64,000 nt of DNA from NCBI RefSeq assembly GCF_964204645.1, contig NC_134035.1, positions 7,348,451 through 7,412,450 of the forward strand, in the 5' to 3' direction. The notes under the pieces were generated by a model that searched no databases, had not been told where the DNA came from, and worked only from the letters and a program-made list of their open reading frames with translations. How positions within the stretch are numbered: position 1 is the stretch's first letter; every line of letters starts with the position of its first letter. Shown in pieces: positions 12,512 through 24,528 of this stretch. The position numbers and the translations under genes are program-made. The stretch comes from Tubulanus polymorphus. Its lineage: Eukaryota > Animalia > Nemertea.

Positions 12512-14102
12512 TCGGATAAAATAACTGGTGCCGCTCCGGAACGATCAGATATTGGAAGAAAGAATGGTCGAGGGGTACAGGGGCTCCAGGGTAAGACCCA
12601 GGTCTTCATACAGATAAACAATTAGTTTTTGCTCCTCTACAATAGTAAAATGGAAACAACAATATTTCAATATTTTCCAGTAATTCCTGCTTGATTCGGA
12701 TTTGTCTTCAGAAAACATTCAGTATGGAATATTTACGGGAGCTCAGAATTTAACTGTTTCCAGCTCAGTAACTGCCAGTATTAATGGTTGAGTTTTAACG
12801 GACATTTTAAGCACACAAGCCCAAACCTATGTACCTGCATCATATCTGAAATTCTGAACACAAAGTACATATTGTGATTCATCATCGAATGTGCGCATAA
12901 AGCAAGGTTTGCACTTAGCCCACTCACGTCCATGAAATCAATCTGAAGGAATGTCTAGATGTTTATTCAAAAAAGAAAATATTTCAACTAAATATGACAT
13001 AGTCAAATAGAAACATATAAATATGTCTTTTGGTACCAAAAAATAGACCCGATCCAGAACAACCCGCCGCACTCCACTAAGCGCTAGACCCGAAAGAGCT
13101 GAAAAAAGCCCAAATTCCAACAGGTATCAAACCGAAATTTCAAGTTCACTGCAGTTATCAGTTCTAAAATTGATGATTGCTGATTATCCTGCAGTTAATT
13201 CTGAACTCAGCCAATTTAGACGGCCTTTTTCAAAAATATCAAAAATATCCCTGGATGATGGGCACAAACCAACCCTAGCTGACACATAATCCTAGGTGTT
13301 CCGATATATATCCCTAAATGGTCATAACCCTAACACCTAGGTCCGCCATAACCCTAACCCTAGCTCGGCTGAGACTCGAACCGGGGACTCTTAAGTGCAA
13401 ACCCAGACTGTCTACCACTAGACCATAGAGTTCTGGTGACTGCCCAGGTTTGTAAGTTTGTCTGGTCAGTGTAGTGACTGGTGACTGGTCACGTGTGGTG
13501 GCTGTTAGATAATTTCCAAGGTCACTACAGTTCTAAGTTTTAAATGATGATGTCTGGTAAAATCCTGATGTTGAGGAATGCAGTAAACTCTGCATACATG
13601 TACATCATTTATTAATGGTATAAAAATAGCTTAAATTTCAAAGTATGTCAAATTTCTGCTGTGAAAATTAACAATTTTAAATTGCGAAATAACGAGGTGT
13701 TTTCGATGGTTCATGATACTGATATCGCTGCAGACGCTAATTAGGTTTTGGTCGACACCAGACACAATCTACATGTATTTCTCACTCTGATTGGAGATTG
13801 GACCGCGCATCATCCGCTCCGAAAGATGGAAAAATTCAGTAAGTGCCGCATCTGAGTCTCTTGAAAATATCTCACTGATATTAGCGTCGTGTTAATTTTA
13901 AGTTTGAATAATTCCGCGCAAATTACCGGATTATTTCACGGTTGGTTAAAACTGCTTATTGTAAAAACTAAATCGTCGAAAAGAGACAAGTTTATACGGA
14001 GAGAATCAGCCTCTGAAGACTGTGGAAGCTACATTCAATTTACTCTTCACTTAGAGACAATTCAACCATAAGAACAGTCTTACACAGAGGTACTGCTGAT
14101 AA

Positions 14103-15188
14103 ATGTTTGATAACATTTCTAGTATCAGTACCACAATGAGTGGTCCAGCAATGAAACTCACCTTGTGTCAACAGTTTCAAACTCGACCGGTTAAATTCAT
14201 ATTAAAATTCAATGTTATAATGTATTTGGGATGTTTTCTACCTGCGTCAGTGCTGGGTATAACATTTAACGCATTCACGCTGTTTGTTCTAAAACAATTT
14301 AAATCTGATGTTTATTTCCTCATCAAAATTCTCGCTGTAAACGATCTTTTGTTTATGATCACGACATTCATTTTGTATCCGCTGAGAACTGCGTACATTT
14401 ACGCCGTTTTGGGAGATATTGTGTTTCGCGAGCACGAATGGAATTTTGGGTGGATTTTTATTTCAATATCTTTGCCGTTTTTCTATATATTTCAGATGAC
14501 ACGTAACTGGTGCACTGTACTGCTCAGTCTAGAGCGGTTAATCGTCGTATTGTTTCCTATCAAATCCCGTAAAATTCCCAAAAAGTTAATCTCGAAATAT
14601 ACGATGTTGTTTATTTCATTGCTTGGATTTTGTGGACATTTTGGTCAGTTTATACCCAGACTACATCTTGGATTCCTGAACTGTCCAGACTATTGGCCAT
14701 ACATCACATGGCGTGCCAGGAAGATCCGTTACACCAGTATTGACATTGTATACTGGATCTACGTATTTTCGGAGAGGTTTTTATTCATGTACCTAACTGT
14801 TATGTTTCCAATGTGCTTTTTAGTTTTTATCAATTCAATCCTTATTTTGGTGACATTTTACCGTCGGGTTACTCGACGTTCAGATCTCGGTGTAACTGAT
14901 GAATCGTCTAGAAGAGAAATGAGGGTTTTAAGGATGGTTTTATCAGTAGTCCTAGTGTTTATTGTTTGTGAGGGTTTCGGTTTTGTCGACCGTTTAAGAG
15001 ATATAGGTCACATTTGGTTTGATTCCTCCGTTGCTTTTAGACAAATCGCTTTGGCATTTTCAATCATTGATTCTTCAGTAAATTTCGTCGTTTATTGTGT
15101 GACAAATGACAAATTCAGGAAAACTGCTTTTAAAATATTGTGCATGTACAGGAGTATAGTACAGACCCAGGAACACCCAGCCGTGTAG
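14103..15188 (+). CDS. GPCR copy 4
   Basis: intact 361-aa ORF, differs from copy 3 at two residues (Q/P, Y/C). Confidence 0.9.
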   Translation: MFDNISSISTTMSGPAMKLTLCQQFQTRPVKFILKFNVIMYLGCFLPASVLGITFNAFTLFVLKQFKSDVYFLIKILAVNDLLFMITTFILYPLRTAYIYAVLGDIVFREHEWNFGWIFISISLPFFYIFQMTRNWCTVLLSLERLIVVLFPIKSRKIPKKLISKYTMLFISLLGFCGHFGQFIPRLHLGFLNCPDYWPYITWRARKIRYTSIDIVYWIYVFSERFLFMYLTVMFPMCFLVFINSILILVTFYRRVTRRSDLGVTDESSRREMRVLRMVLSVVLVFIVCEGFGFVDRLRDIGHIWFDSSVAFRQIALAFSIIDSSVNFVVYCVTNDKFRKTAFKILCMYRSIVQTQEHPAV

Positions 15189-16781
15189 TCGGATAAAATA
15201 ACTGGTGCCGCTCCGGAACGATCAGATATTGGAAGAAAGAATGGTCGAGGGGTACAGGGGCTCCAGGGTAAGACCCAGGTCTTCATACAGATAAACAATT
15301 AGTTTTTGCTCCTCTACAATAGTAAAATGGAAACAACAATATTTCAATATTTTCCAGTAATTCCTGCTTGATTCGGATTTGTCTTCAGAAAACATTCAGT
15401 ATGGAATATTTACGGGAGCTCAGAATTTAACTGTTTCCAGCTCAGTAACCGCCAGTATTAATGGTTGAGTTTTAACGGACATTTTAAGCACACAAGCCCA
15501 AACCTATGTACCTGCATCATATCTGAAATTCTGACCACAAAGTACATATTGTGATTCATCATCGAATGTGCGCATAAAGCAAGGTTTGCACTTAGCCCAC
15601 TCACGTCCATGAAATCAATCTGAAGGAATGTCTAGATGTTTATTCAAAAAAGAAAATATTTCAACTAAATATGACATAGTCAAATAGAAACATGTAAATA
15701 TGTCTTTTGGTACCAAAAAATAGACCCGATCCAGAACAACCCGCCGCACTTCACTAAGCGCTAGACCCGAAAGAGCTGAAAAAAGCCCAAATTCCAACAG
15801 GTATCAAACCGAAATTTCAAGTTCACTGCAGTTATCAGTTCTAAAATTGATGATTGCTGATTATCCTGCAGTTAATTCTGAACTCAGCCAATTTAGACGG
15901 CCTTTTTCAAAAATATCAAAAATATCCCTGGATGATGGGCACAAACCAACCCTAGTTGACACATAATCCTAGGTGTTCCGATACCCTATCCCTAAATGGT
16001 CATAACCCTAACACCTAGGTCCGCCATAACCCTAACCCTAGCTCGGCTGAGACTCGAACTGGGGTCTCTCAAGTGCAAACCCAGACTGTCTACCACTAGA
16101 CCATAGAGTTCTGGTGACTGCCCAGGTTTGTAAGTTTGTCTGGTCAGTGTAGTGACTGGTGACTGGTCACGTGTGGTGGCTGTTAGATAATTTCCAAGGT
16201 CACTACAGTTCTAAGTTATAAATGATGATGTCTGGTAAAATCCTGATGTTGAGGAATGCAGTAAACTCTGCATACATGTACATCATTTATTAATGGTATA
16301 AAAATAGCTTAAATTTCAAAGTATGTCAAATTTCTGCTGTGAAAATTAACAATTTTAAATTGCGAAATAACGAGGTGTTTTCGATGGTTCATGATACTGA
16401 TATCGCTGCAGACGCTAATTAGGTTTTGGTCGACACCAGACACAATCTACATGTATTTCTCACTCTGATTGGAGATTGGACTGCGCATCATCCGCTTCGA
16501 AAGATGGAAAATTCAGTAAATGCTACATCTGAGTCAGCTCTCTTGAAAATATCTTACTGATATAAGCGTCTTGTTCATTGTAAGTTCGAATAATTCTGCG
16601 CAAATTACATGATTATTTCACTGTTTGTAAAAACTGCTTATTGTCAAAACTAAATCGTCGAAAAGAGAAAATTCTATGTAGAATCAGCCTATAATGCAAC
16701 GTGGACTCAACATTCAATTGACTCTTCACTGAGAGACAATTCAACCATTAGAACAATCTTACACAGAGGTACTGCTGATAA

Positions 16782-17872
16782 ATGTTTGATAACATTTCTA
16801 GTATCAGTACCACAATGAGTGGTCCAGCAATGAAACTCACCTTGTGTCAACGGTTTCAAACTCGTCCGTTTAAATTCAAGTTAAAAATCAGTGTGTTAAT
16901 TTATTTGGGATGTTTTCTACCTGCGTCAGTACTGGGTATAACATTTAACGCATTCACGCTGTTTGTTCTAAAACAATTTAAATCTGATGTTTATTTTCTC
17001 ATCAAAATTCTCGCTGTAAACGATCTTTTGTTTATGATTACGACATTCATTCTGTATCCGCTGAGAACTGCGTACATTTACGCCGTTTTGGGAGATATTG
17101 TGTTTCGCAGTAATGACTGGTATTTCGGATGGATTTTTATTTCATTTTCTTTGCCGTTTTTCTATATATTTCAGATGACACGTAACTGGTGCACTGTACT
17201 TGTCAGTCTAGAGCGGTTAATCGTCGTATTGTTTCCTATAAAATCTCGTAAAATTCCCAAAAAGTTAATAGCAAAATATGCGATATCATTTATTTCATTG
17301 TTGGGTTTTTGTGGGCATTTTGTCCAGATCTTACCTAGATACCACCTTGAATTCCTGGGCTGTCCAGACTATTGGCCATACATTGTACGGCGCAGACAGA
17401 ATAAACCGATCAAGTACAATAACATTGACATCGAATATTGGATCTACCAATTTTCGGAGGTGTTTTTATACATGTACCTAACTGTTATGATTCCAATGTG
17501 CTTTTTAGTTTTTATCAATTCAATTCTTATTTCGGCGACATTTTACAGTCGGGTTACTCGACGTTCAGAACTCGGTGTAACTGACGAATCGTCTAGAAGA
17601 GAAATGAGGGTTTTAAGGATGGTTTATCAGTAGTCCTAGTGTTTATTATTTGTGAAGGTTTCGGTTTTGTCGACCGTTTAAGAAATTTAGGTCACATTTG
17701 GTTTCGTTTCCCCGTTGGTTTTAGACAAATCACTTTGGCATTTTCAATCATTGATTCGTCAGTAAATTTTATCGTATATTGCGTGACAAATGGAAAATTC
17801 AGAAAAACAGCCTTTAAAATATTGTGCATGTACAAGAGTATAGTACAGACCCAGGAGCACCCGGCCGTGTAG
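16782..17872 (+). pseudogene. GPCR copy 5 (most diverged), -1 frameshift in T run 17623-17625
   Basis: GGTTTATC versus GGTTTTATC in other copies; the two ORF halves join into a full receptor. Confidence 0.8.
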
Positions 17873-18410
17873 TCGGATAAAATAACTGGTGCCGCCCCGG
17901 AACGATCAGATATTGGAAGAAAGAATGGTCGAGGGGTACAGAGGCTCCAGGGTTAGACCCAGGTCTTCATACAGATACACAATTGGTTTTTGCTCCTCTA
18001 ATATAGTAAAATGGAAACAACAATATTTCAATATTTTCCAGCAATTCCAGCTTGATTCGGATTTGTCTTTAGAAAACATTCAGTATGGAATATTTACGGG
18101 AGCTCAGAATGGTTTCCAGCTCAGTAACCGTCAGTATCAATGGTCGAGTTTTAACGGACATTTTAATTTCACAAGCCCAAACCTATAGCTGCATCATATC
18201 TGAAATTCTGAACACAAAGTACATATTGTGATTCATCATCGAATGTGCGCATAAAGCAAGGTTTGCATTTAGCCCACTCACGTCCATGAAGTCAATCTGA
18301 AAGCATGTCTAGATGTTTATTAAAATAGATAGAAATTGATTCTTCAGCAAATTTCATCCTTAAATTTTGAGACAAATGACAAATTCAGAAAAACAGAGTT
18401 TAAAATATTG

Positions 18411-18468
18411 GGCTTACTGTAATTACCGGAACGGAACGGAACGAAATGGAACGGAACAGGGACCGTAT
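18411..18468 (+). mobile_element. left end of a second GGAAC-MITE copy
   Basis: GGCTTACTGTAATTACCGGAACGGAACG...GGGACCGTAT matches 4035-4087. Confidence 0.75.
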
Positions 18469-19187
18469 TCTCTCTGGATTGTTCCCCCATCATGGCGACG
18501 AATGGATCAACGGACAATACATCAACAGACACAGCTCTATCAATGCATTTAAGGACAGACACACAAACACACGTATTTAGGAGGCGCTGTGGGAAAAAGA
18601 CACGTACATAATACTCATACGTAGATGGATACTGTTTGAATTAATTAATTTCTCCACAAATTCAATTTCGCCGTTACGTTTCGTTAGTTTGTGCTGTTGT
18701 CCTGGCCTCAGTCCACAGGTGCCAGCACCCTCCACAAGTTTTCAAAATGGCTGCCGTTGAATTGACGGCAATTTACTCTCACTTTAGGGCCGATTTGCAC
18801 ATGGATTAAGATCGTCAGGTGAGGTGTTATAGGTATCAAACAAACTACTATCTGTTGTGCATTGGTTACAACAAAAATTAGACGGATATCTTAAGAGACA
18901 ATGAAATGCCAAGCAAATTACTCGTGAGTCAAATTGACTCACGAAGGTTTCATTGAAGAATGACGTTCCCATTCCTGACTGTGGTTTGTGAAAATATCCG
19001 ATCGTGAAACTAAACCACAGACAGGTTACTGACTAAGGCTCACAGTGAGTGAACAGTGGAATTCTGATTAATATCACATACAGTATTTGTCAATGCAGCT
19101 TAGTACTTGTGATACAGAATGGTTTCACCGACAGTGAAAGTAAGTTGCAGTAGTTTAAATCCTTTCAGTAAGACAGTGTGAAAAAGA

Positions 19188-19220
<33 letters not shown>

Positions 19221-19460
19221 TAATAATAATAATGATGATAATAATAATAATGATGATGGTGATGGTTATGGTGATAGTAGTAATAGTAGTAATAGTAGTA
19301 ATAGTAGTAATAGTAGTAATAGTAATAATAGTAGTAATAGTAGTAATAGTAGTAATAGTAGTAATAGTAGTAATAGTAGTAATAATGATAATAATAATAA
19401 AAAATTATAAAAATAATAATAATAATAATAATAATAATAAAGAATAATAATAATAATAGT
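19188..19460. repeat. compound (AAT)n/(GTAATAGTA)n microsatellite, probably the 3' tail of the adjacent LINE
   Basis: direct inspection. Confidence 0.9.
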
Positions 19461-20220
19461 AACTGTAGTAACAGTATAGTTGGTTTATAGTAACAGTATT
19501 CATGACAATAATAATAACAGTCATAATGAATTACATTACAAGAAAAAATAAATTCAATAAATTCATGGTTAGAGGCAACGGTTAATGATAAATTCTTTAC
19601 AATGATTTTATAAACGGACTTAATTTCAATAACTATGAGCAGATAATTTTAAAACCTTGAGACAAGAGAAGCGATACTAGGCGCTTTACGAAGATGATCA
19701 GGAGTATTTTGCCATATAATAGGTACTTGAGCCAAGAAAGAATTATGAAAAAGTTTAGTGGTATGCTGTTGAACCCTTTGATACTTATTATGTATTGTAT
19801 TTATGAAAGTCTGAGTTTATATGGAATAGATCAAAAATCGGTGTTGGTAATTTCCTATGAAAATGGTTGTATAGCCAATTTTAGGACTTTCAACTTAATC
19901 AGGTGATCAAATTTTAAGATTTTTTATTTATTGAAGATAGGTCCAGTTGCTGCATTAAAAGCTGTATTATCGATTAGTCGGATAGCTTTTTTGGATTTTG
20001 TAAATAGCATTTGATTGTTTTTCAGATAGAAGTGGTCCCCAGACACTGAGGGAATAATTGATATCGTTTCGAATATAAGAGTAGTATAAAATTAATTTGC
20101 TAGAGACTGGAAGTATTTTTTAACAGTTCTTAAAAGATATAGATTTTTGTTTAATTTATTTATTAGTTGTTTGATATAGAATTCCCAATTTCCATCCTCA
20201 TCAATTTGAAGTCCTAAAAA
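19460..20220 (-). mobile_element. 5'-truncated, decayed CR1/L2-type LINE (3' end of ORF2)
   Basis: minus strand from ~20220 reads FLGLQIDEDGNWEFYIKQLINKLNKNLYLLRTVKK, then LYYSYI...YSLSVWG. Confidence 0.75.
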
Positions 20221-20376
20221 TGGTTTAATGCCCTGAAGAAGAATAACCGGAAGAAAATAGTTTTCAAATTAAAAAAATAACCATTTATAATATAGCTCAT
20301 ATCCAATGAAGAAAATTGCGTGTGACATTGTATCAAATTTCTCAAATTTCCGGACAAAAAGCAGTTTCAGTTGCAG

Positions 20377-21126
20377 TCACGGGAACTGGTTGATCATTTT
20401 TCGGAGTGACTGCCAATCTGTCATTGGCGACGACATAGTACACATGGTTAACTTGATACGACATAACCAACGCGCAGATATAAGACAACTGCCGCTAGTG
20501 ATGAGAAATCCAAGTATGGATGTGATGGTTCCAGTCAAGTATAGAGATGCGCATCCGTAATTATACGTGTTTCTATTGTAGTGATCATTCATGTAGAGAC
20601 CCATAAGATTCTGATACACGGAGAACAATGAGAAAATGAGAGCAAGTGTTGAAAATATTATGCCGCGGACAATGTGCAGTCGTCTCTGGCCGTTTCGACC
20701 CGAGATATAAGACACCGCAGTCAAAAAGAAAACTACACTGCAGATGAACAAAATCCCCTTGTCCACCATAACGGCTGAGCTCCTCCTTGCAACCCCCAAC
20801 CAAAAGAAACCAGTAAAAAGCAATGTTATGGCTATCAACAGCAAAAGGAGGCATAGTACAACGATCCGTCTTGAATAGTTTGGAGCTGATTTCCGTAACT
20901 CAGTATTCGCAATGGTAGTTCCCTGGGCGATCGGCTTAGCCTGTGAACACGCATTCAGAATATGCTGTAGATTTTCCTTGTTTGCTGTTTCGCAGGAAGG
21001 CTGGGGCGCCATGGGGTTGAACGGAACTGCCTCGCCACTTTCTTCAGGCGTATGGTTATAGTCGATTGATTTAGGATCTTCGGCCATTTCAATTTCAATT
21101 TTGAGTCCATTATCACCATTGTCCAT
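20377..21126 (-). CDS. four-transmembrane protein, MS4A/CD20-like topology
   Basis: 249 aa from ATG at 21126 just after a ttcctttgcag acceptor; long hydrophilic N-terminus then four hydrophobic helices; Cys-containing C-terminal segment. Confidence 0.65.
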   Translation of the reverse strand: MDNGDNGLKIEIEMAEDPKSIDYNHTPEESGEAVPFNPMAPQPSCETANKENLQHILNACSQAKPIAQGTTIANTELRKSAPNYSRRIVVLCLLLLLIAITLLFTGFFWLGVARRSSAVMVDKGILFICSVVFFLTAVSYISGRNGQRRLHIVRGIIFSTLALIFSLFSVYQNLMGLYMNDHYNRNTYNYGCASLYLTGTITSILGFLITSGSCLISARWLCRIKLTMCTMSSPMTDWQSLRKMINQFP

Positions 21127-21417
21127 TTCTGCAAAGGAAATATGAACAAACAAACGCACGCGTAGTTAGAATCGAGATAAAAGGGTGTATGCGACAAATA
21201 AGGAAAATACAGTTAATATCCCTGTTTTCGGCTTAAATTTGAAGTAGGTGAAAACCTGTTTTCTTTGAATCGAAGCCACGGGAACCACTTAACCTCATTT
21301 TCAAGCCGGCTTAGAATTGGCGATGTCGGGTTATTATGTCATTGATTTGCACAAAACGGACACCGGTCTAATCAAATTTCCATCCTCGATGGCACGCGTT
21401 TCCAAAAACCCAGCAAC

Positions 21418-21771
21418 ATTTTGACATTGAATGTCGAAATCGACATACTGAAATACAGTATAATAAAACCTAGGCCTAAATTATATATATATAATATATT
21501 ATATATATTATATATTATATTATATATATATAATTTAGGCCTAGGTTTATATGTAACGGACTTAACAATAGTAATATATCAGATAGAATAGTTTTTTTGG
21601 GAGTTTTTCTTTATTTTCTACTTGATTTAAATTCGATTGCCTGGCAGGTTTAGAATTTTTAATGCCGTGTTAACTCTCGGGTTCCGTAAATCACAGTATT
21701 TGACCCTATTGGGCCATTAGAAAGACGGGAAATTATCGAAGGCTTCGATTTCGACATTCAATGTCAAAATG
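21418..21771. mobile_element. MITE-like inverted-repeat element containing an 83-bp AT palindrome
   Basis: CATTTTGACATTGAATGTCGAAATCGA and its reverse complement at the ends; palindrome 21466-21548. Confidence 0.6.
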
Positions 21772-21861
21772 AGTTAACTGACCTGTTCGTGGTACCGAAC
21801 GCACGCATCCGCAGCCCCCAGAGCCATCCCGGGAGGCTACATTTGGGCCCCTATCTGCCAG

Positions 21862-22768
21862 TGACGGGTGTTCGAACATCGCTGAATCACTGAATCACTG
21901 AATCGCTGAATCGCTGAAACGCTGATTATTATATCAATTTCGCTGATTCATTGACATCCTCGCTTGCCAGGGGTCCAGTATCACTCCCGAACTCGCTTCC
22001 ACCAGCCCCCTGGCCTCAAGAAGCGTGATTTCATTATTGGCGCTGTTGCGCATGACGTCATATATCGATTTGCGAAATACTTCCTTGTTCGGTAAAACGT
22101 TCGCTGATTGGTCCATTTAACGGGAAAACCAACAGATGTCTACTGTCGGTTTGTTACAAGCGCTGTGCTTGGTACGACCGGATTCTGGAAATATTCGGGA
22201 TTCTGGAAATTTCTAAATACACTGAATTCATGTCACCCTAAGAAAGAGTATTATTTGATCGCTTCATTGATAAATTTTGTTACATTCGTTAAAAATTCAG
22301 TTGGACTACGGTAACGGACGTATTTTGCAGAGAGCGGTAATGGCTTTCGGCTAACGTCATCGGTACTTCGATGTAGTCTACAGCTTAAGTAGGGATTCGC
22401 CCTGGGCACCCGAGGTTCAGATATGCTAGAAACATATACAAAAAAAATCATGACGATTGAAACGTGAGGCAACGTTTAAATGAAATAGTTGACTGGCGTT
22501 TATTTGTCCTGCCGGGCCGCTTACCGCGAATTTAATTCAATGTTAGAGTGCTATTAATAACTTTGATTTTTCTCTAAAGGCGTTACCGTCGTCAAATATG
22601 CTGTCATTTATATGCTTTTTATCATTTATTATAGCCTACATTGTTTTTTTACAATTATTTGAAAAAAGCAATGAAATTAAAAAAGATTATAATTAACACA
22701 GAATTTAGCGTTTCAGCAATTCAGTGATTCTGTGATTCAAAGATTCAGCGAAGTTCGAACACCCGCCA
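21862..22768. mobile_element. non-autonomous TIR element with (CTGAATCA/G)n subterminal repeats
   Basis: TGACGGGTGTTCGAACATCGCTGAATC... versus ...GATTCAGCGAAGTTCGAACACCCGCCA, ~65-bp imperfect TIR. Confidence 0.75.
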
Positions 22769-23269
22769 GTAACCTGTCTGTGGTATGGAACCATTCTAAA
22801 AAACTGCGCAATGGGCCTGTCCCTCTCCAAGAAGTATTTTGAGACGCTGCGTATGGGCCGGCAACACGGTCAGAACGTCTTAACCAATGTTTTGAACAAC
22901 TCAGTGTGAGAGAACTGTGTCATGCACTGTTATGATCCTAAGTCGGTCAGACCAGTATATTAAAACTATATGTATAGTACGGTACTTCACTGTTTAGATG
23001 GCGAACACATCTTTTTAAACCGAATTTTAGCCCGGGCTTAAAATGAATATTGTGACTCCCTCGGACCACCAATCTGTTTGAAACATGTAACTTGACGACG
23101 GGAACAACATGCATTTTAAGCATTATGCATTAATTTCCCTACAATAATCGCACAGCGCACCTAACACGTAATCAGCTCATGAATATTAATGAGCTGATTC
23201 AATGCAACCCGGAAGTCAGGCAAGCACTCGAGTGGCTGACTTCATTGTATTAAAATCGAATACAGAATA

Positions 23270-23424
23270 ATGCCCGATTTAACAATCATAACGCTTTCTG
23301 AAGAAGATGTACCTGGAGCCGAATTAACTGGTGAATTTAGCCACTATGATATTTTACGTCTAAAGAGGTGGTTGGAATGTCGTGGCCTGAAAACAGGAGG
23401 GAAAAAAGCTGATCTCATTCAGCG
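23270..23424 (+). pseudogene. orphan first exon encoding a SAP domain
   Basis: MPDLTIITLSEEDVPGAELTGEFSHYDILRLKRWLECRGLKTGGKKADLIQR then GTAAGT donor; no downstream exons found. Confidence 0.75.
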
Positions 23425-23762
23425 GTAAGTATCTTCTTGTTTATGTTCTGTCTAAACACTGCTCTGTTTTTTCAAGCCTTGTTTGGCTGAGTTCGCACAT
23501 GTGGCAGTTATATGTCTTTTTCTACTAGAGAATCATTTGAGAAATAATTAATTTGCCCGGGCGGGAGTGTCGATAATTTCTCACGACTCTCGTTCTCACG
23601 CTACCACTACGCTTTACAAGGTAATTTGGACCACATGTGCGACCCAGCAACACGCCGGACTGTATACAGAGCGAAATAAATATCAGTTGTAGTATAGAAT
23701 TCTCAGAGTTCGGGTTGATTGTATTCGTCTCTCTCACCCACCGCTTCATCTCCGGGCCAATC

Positions 23763-24528
23763 GCAAAAACCGTAAAGTTTCCCAAGTCTCCGTTTCTACC
23801 TAACGCATGCGCATTAGTCAGTGCTGGAATTGCTCCAAGTCGAGAAATCGGCACATTGCGCATGCGGCACTACATGTGAGCTACATGTAACCTTTAATGA
23901 CTAATAGTCGCTGTAGTTTCCATTAGGTTCGAATCCCGTAAAAATATTGATCTTATTTACGCTGGTTCATCTTATAAGCGGCGCTATCAGATTCGAAACC
24001 CGAAAATTACTGATCGTATTTCAAGCGTTACGACATGAACTTTGATGATTAAAGTGTCACTGGGTTATTGTTTGCCGAGTAAAAAAGTGATAGCATCCCG
24101 AATATGAAATAATGAACTTTGATAGCCCCGGGATTTACTTTTAAGTGCTATTAGGTTCGAATCCCGAATGTGTAGCAGAAAAATACATTCATCCTTTATG
24201 ATATACCGATATATATCTTAGATTTTTAGCTTATGGCAAGACCACTTGAACATCTGTCATTCCCAAAAATACAAATGATCCTCTAAGAGGATCATGAAGA
24301 GTCTTAAGTGACCAAACAAACTGCGCCTTCCCGCTGCGCAAAAGTTCACGCAGGTTCATTCCGTTATAGTTCTATGTTTCAGCGTTCTGACATGACCCAG
24401 TTTAGGAAAAAATACACATGTAGCGACGCATGCGCACGCGACCAATTTCTGGACTTAGAGGATTTCCCCAACACTTCCTAATGCGCATGCGTTATAAACA
24501 GAGACTTGGGAAACTTTACGGTTTTTGC
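23763..24528 (+). mobile_element. MITE copy 1 (TIR AAAAACCGTAAAGTTTCCCAAGTCTC) inserted in the LTR of element A
   Basis: perfect ~27-bp TIR extending imperfectly to ~50 bp; GC on both flanks. Confidence 0.85.

Larger units (their letters stand above)
4828..18410 (+). repeat. tandem array of ~2.7-kb units, each with one intronless GPCR and a spacer
   Basis: gene starts at 5977, 8706, 11426, 14103, 16782 with near-identical spacers; 3'-end remnants at 4828-4872 and ~18335-18410. Confidence 0.95.

Noticed and set aside
7096-16100. Short ORFs recurring in every array spacer (MQSLLHSS..., MKRLNW..., MLNLSL...)
   Set aside because: Recurrence reflects recent duplication; frames are broken in some units and there are no protein motifs
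19178-19447. Poly-Ile/Val hydrophobic ORF
   Set aside because: Translation of a microsatellite
23920-24170. tRNA genes suggested by GGTTCGAATCC motifs (also ~50400, ~50630, ~54030)
   Set aside because: No cloverleaf could be built; they lie in repeats or SINE-like heads
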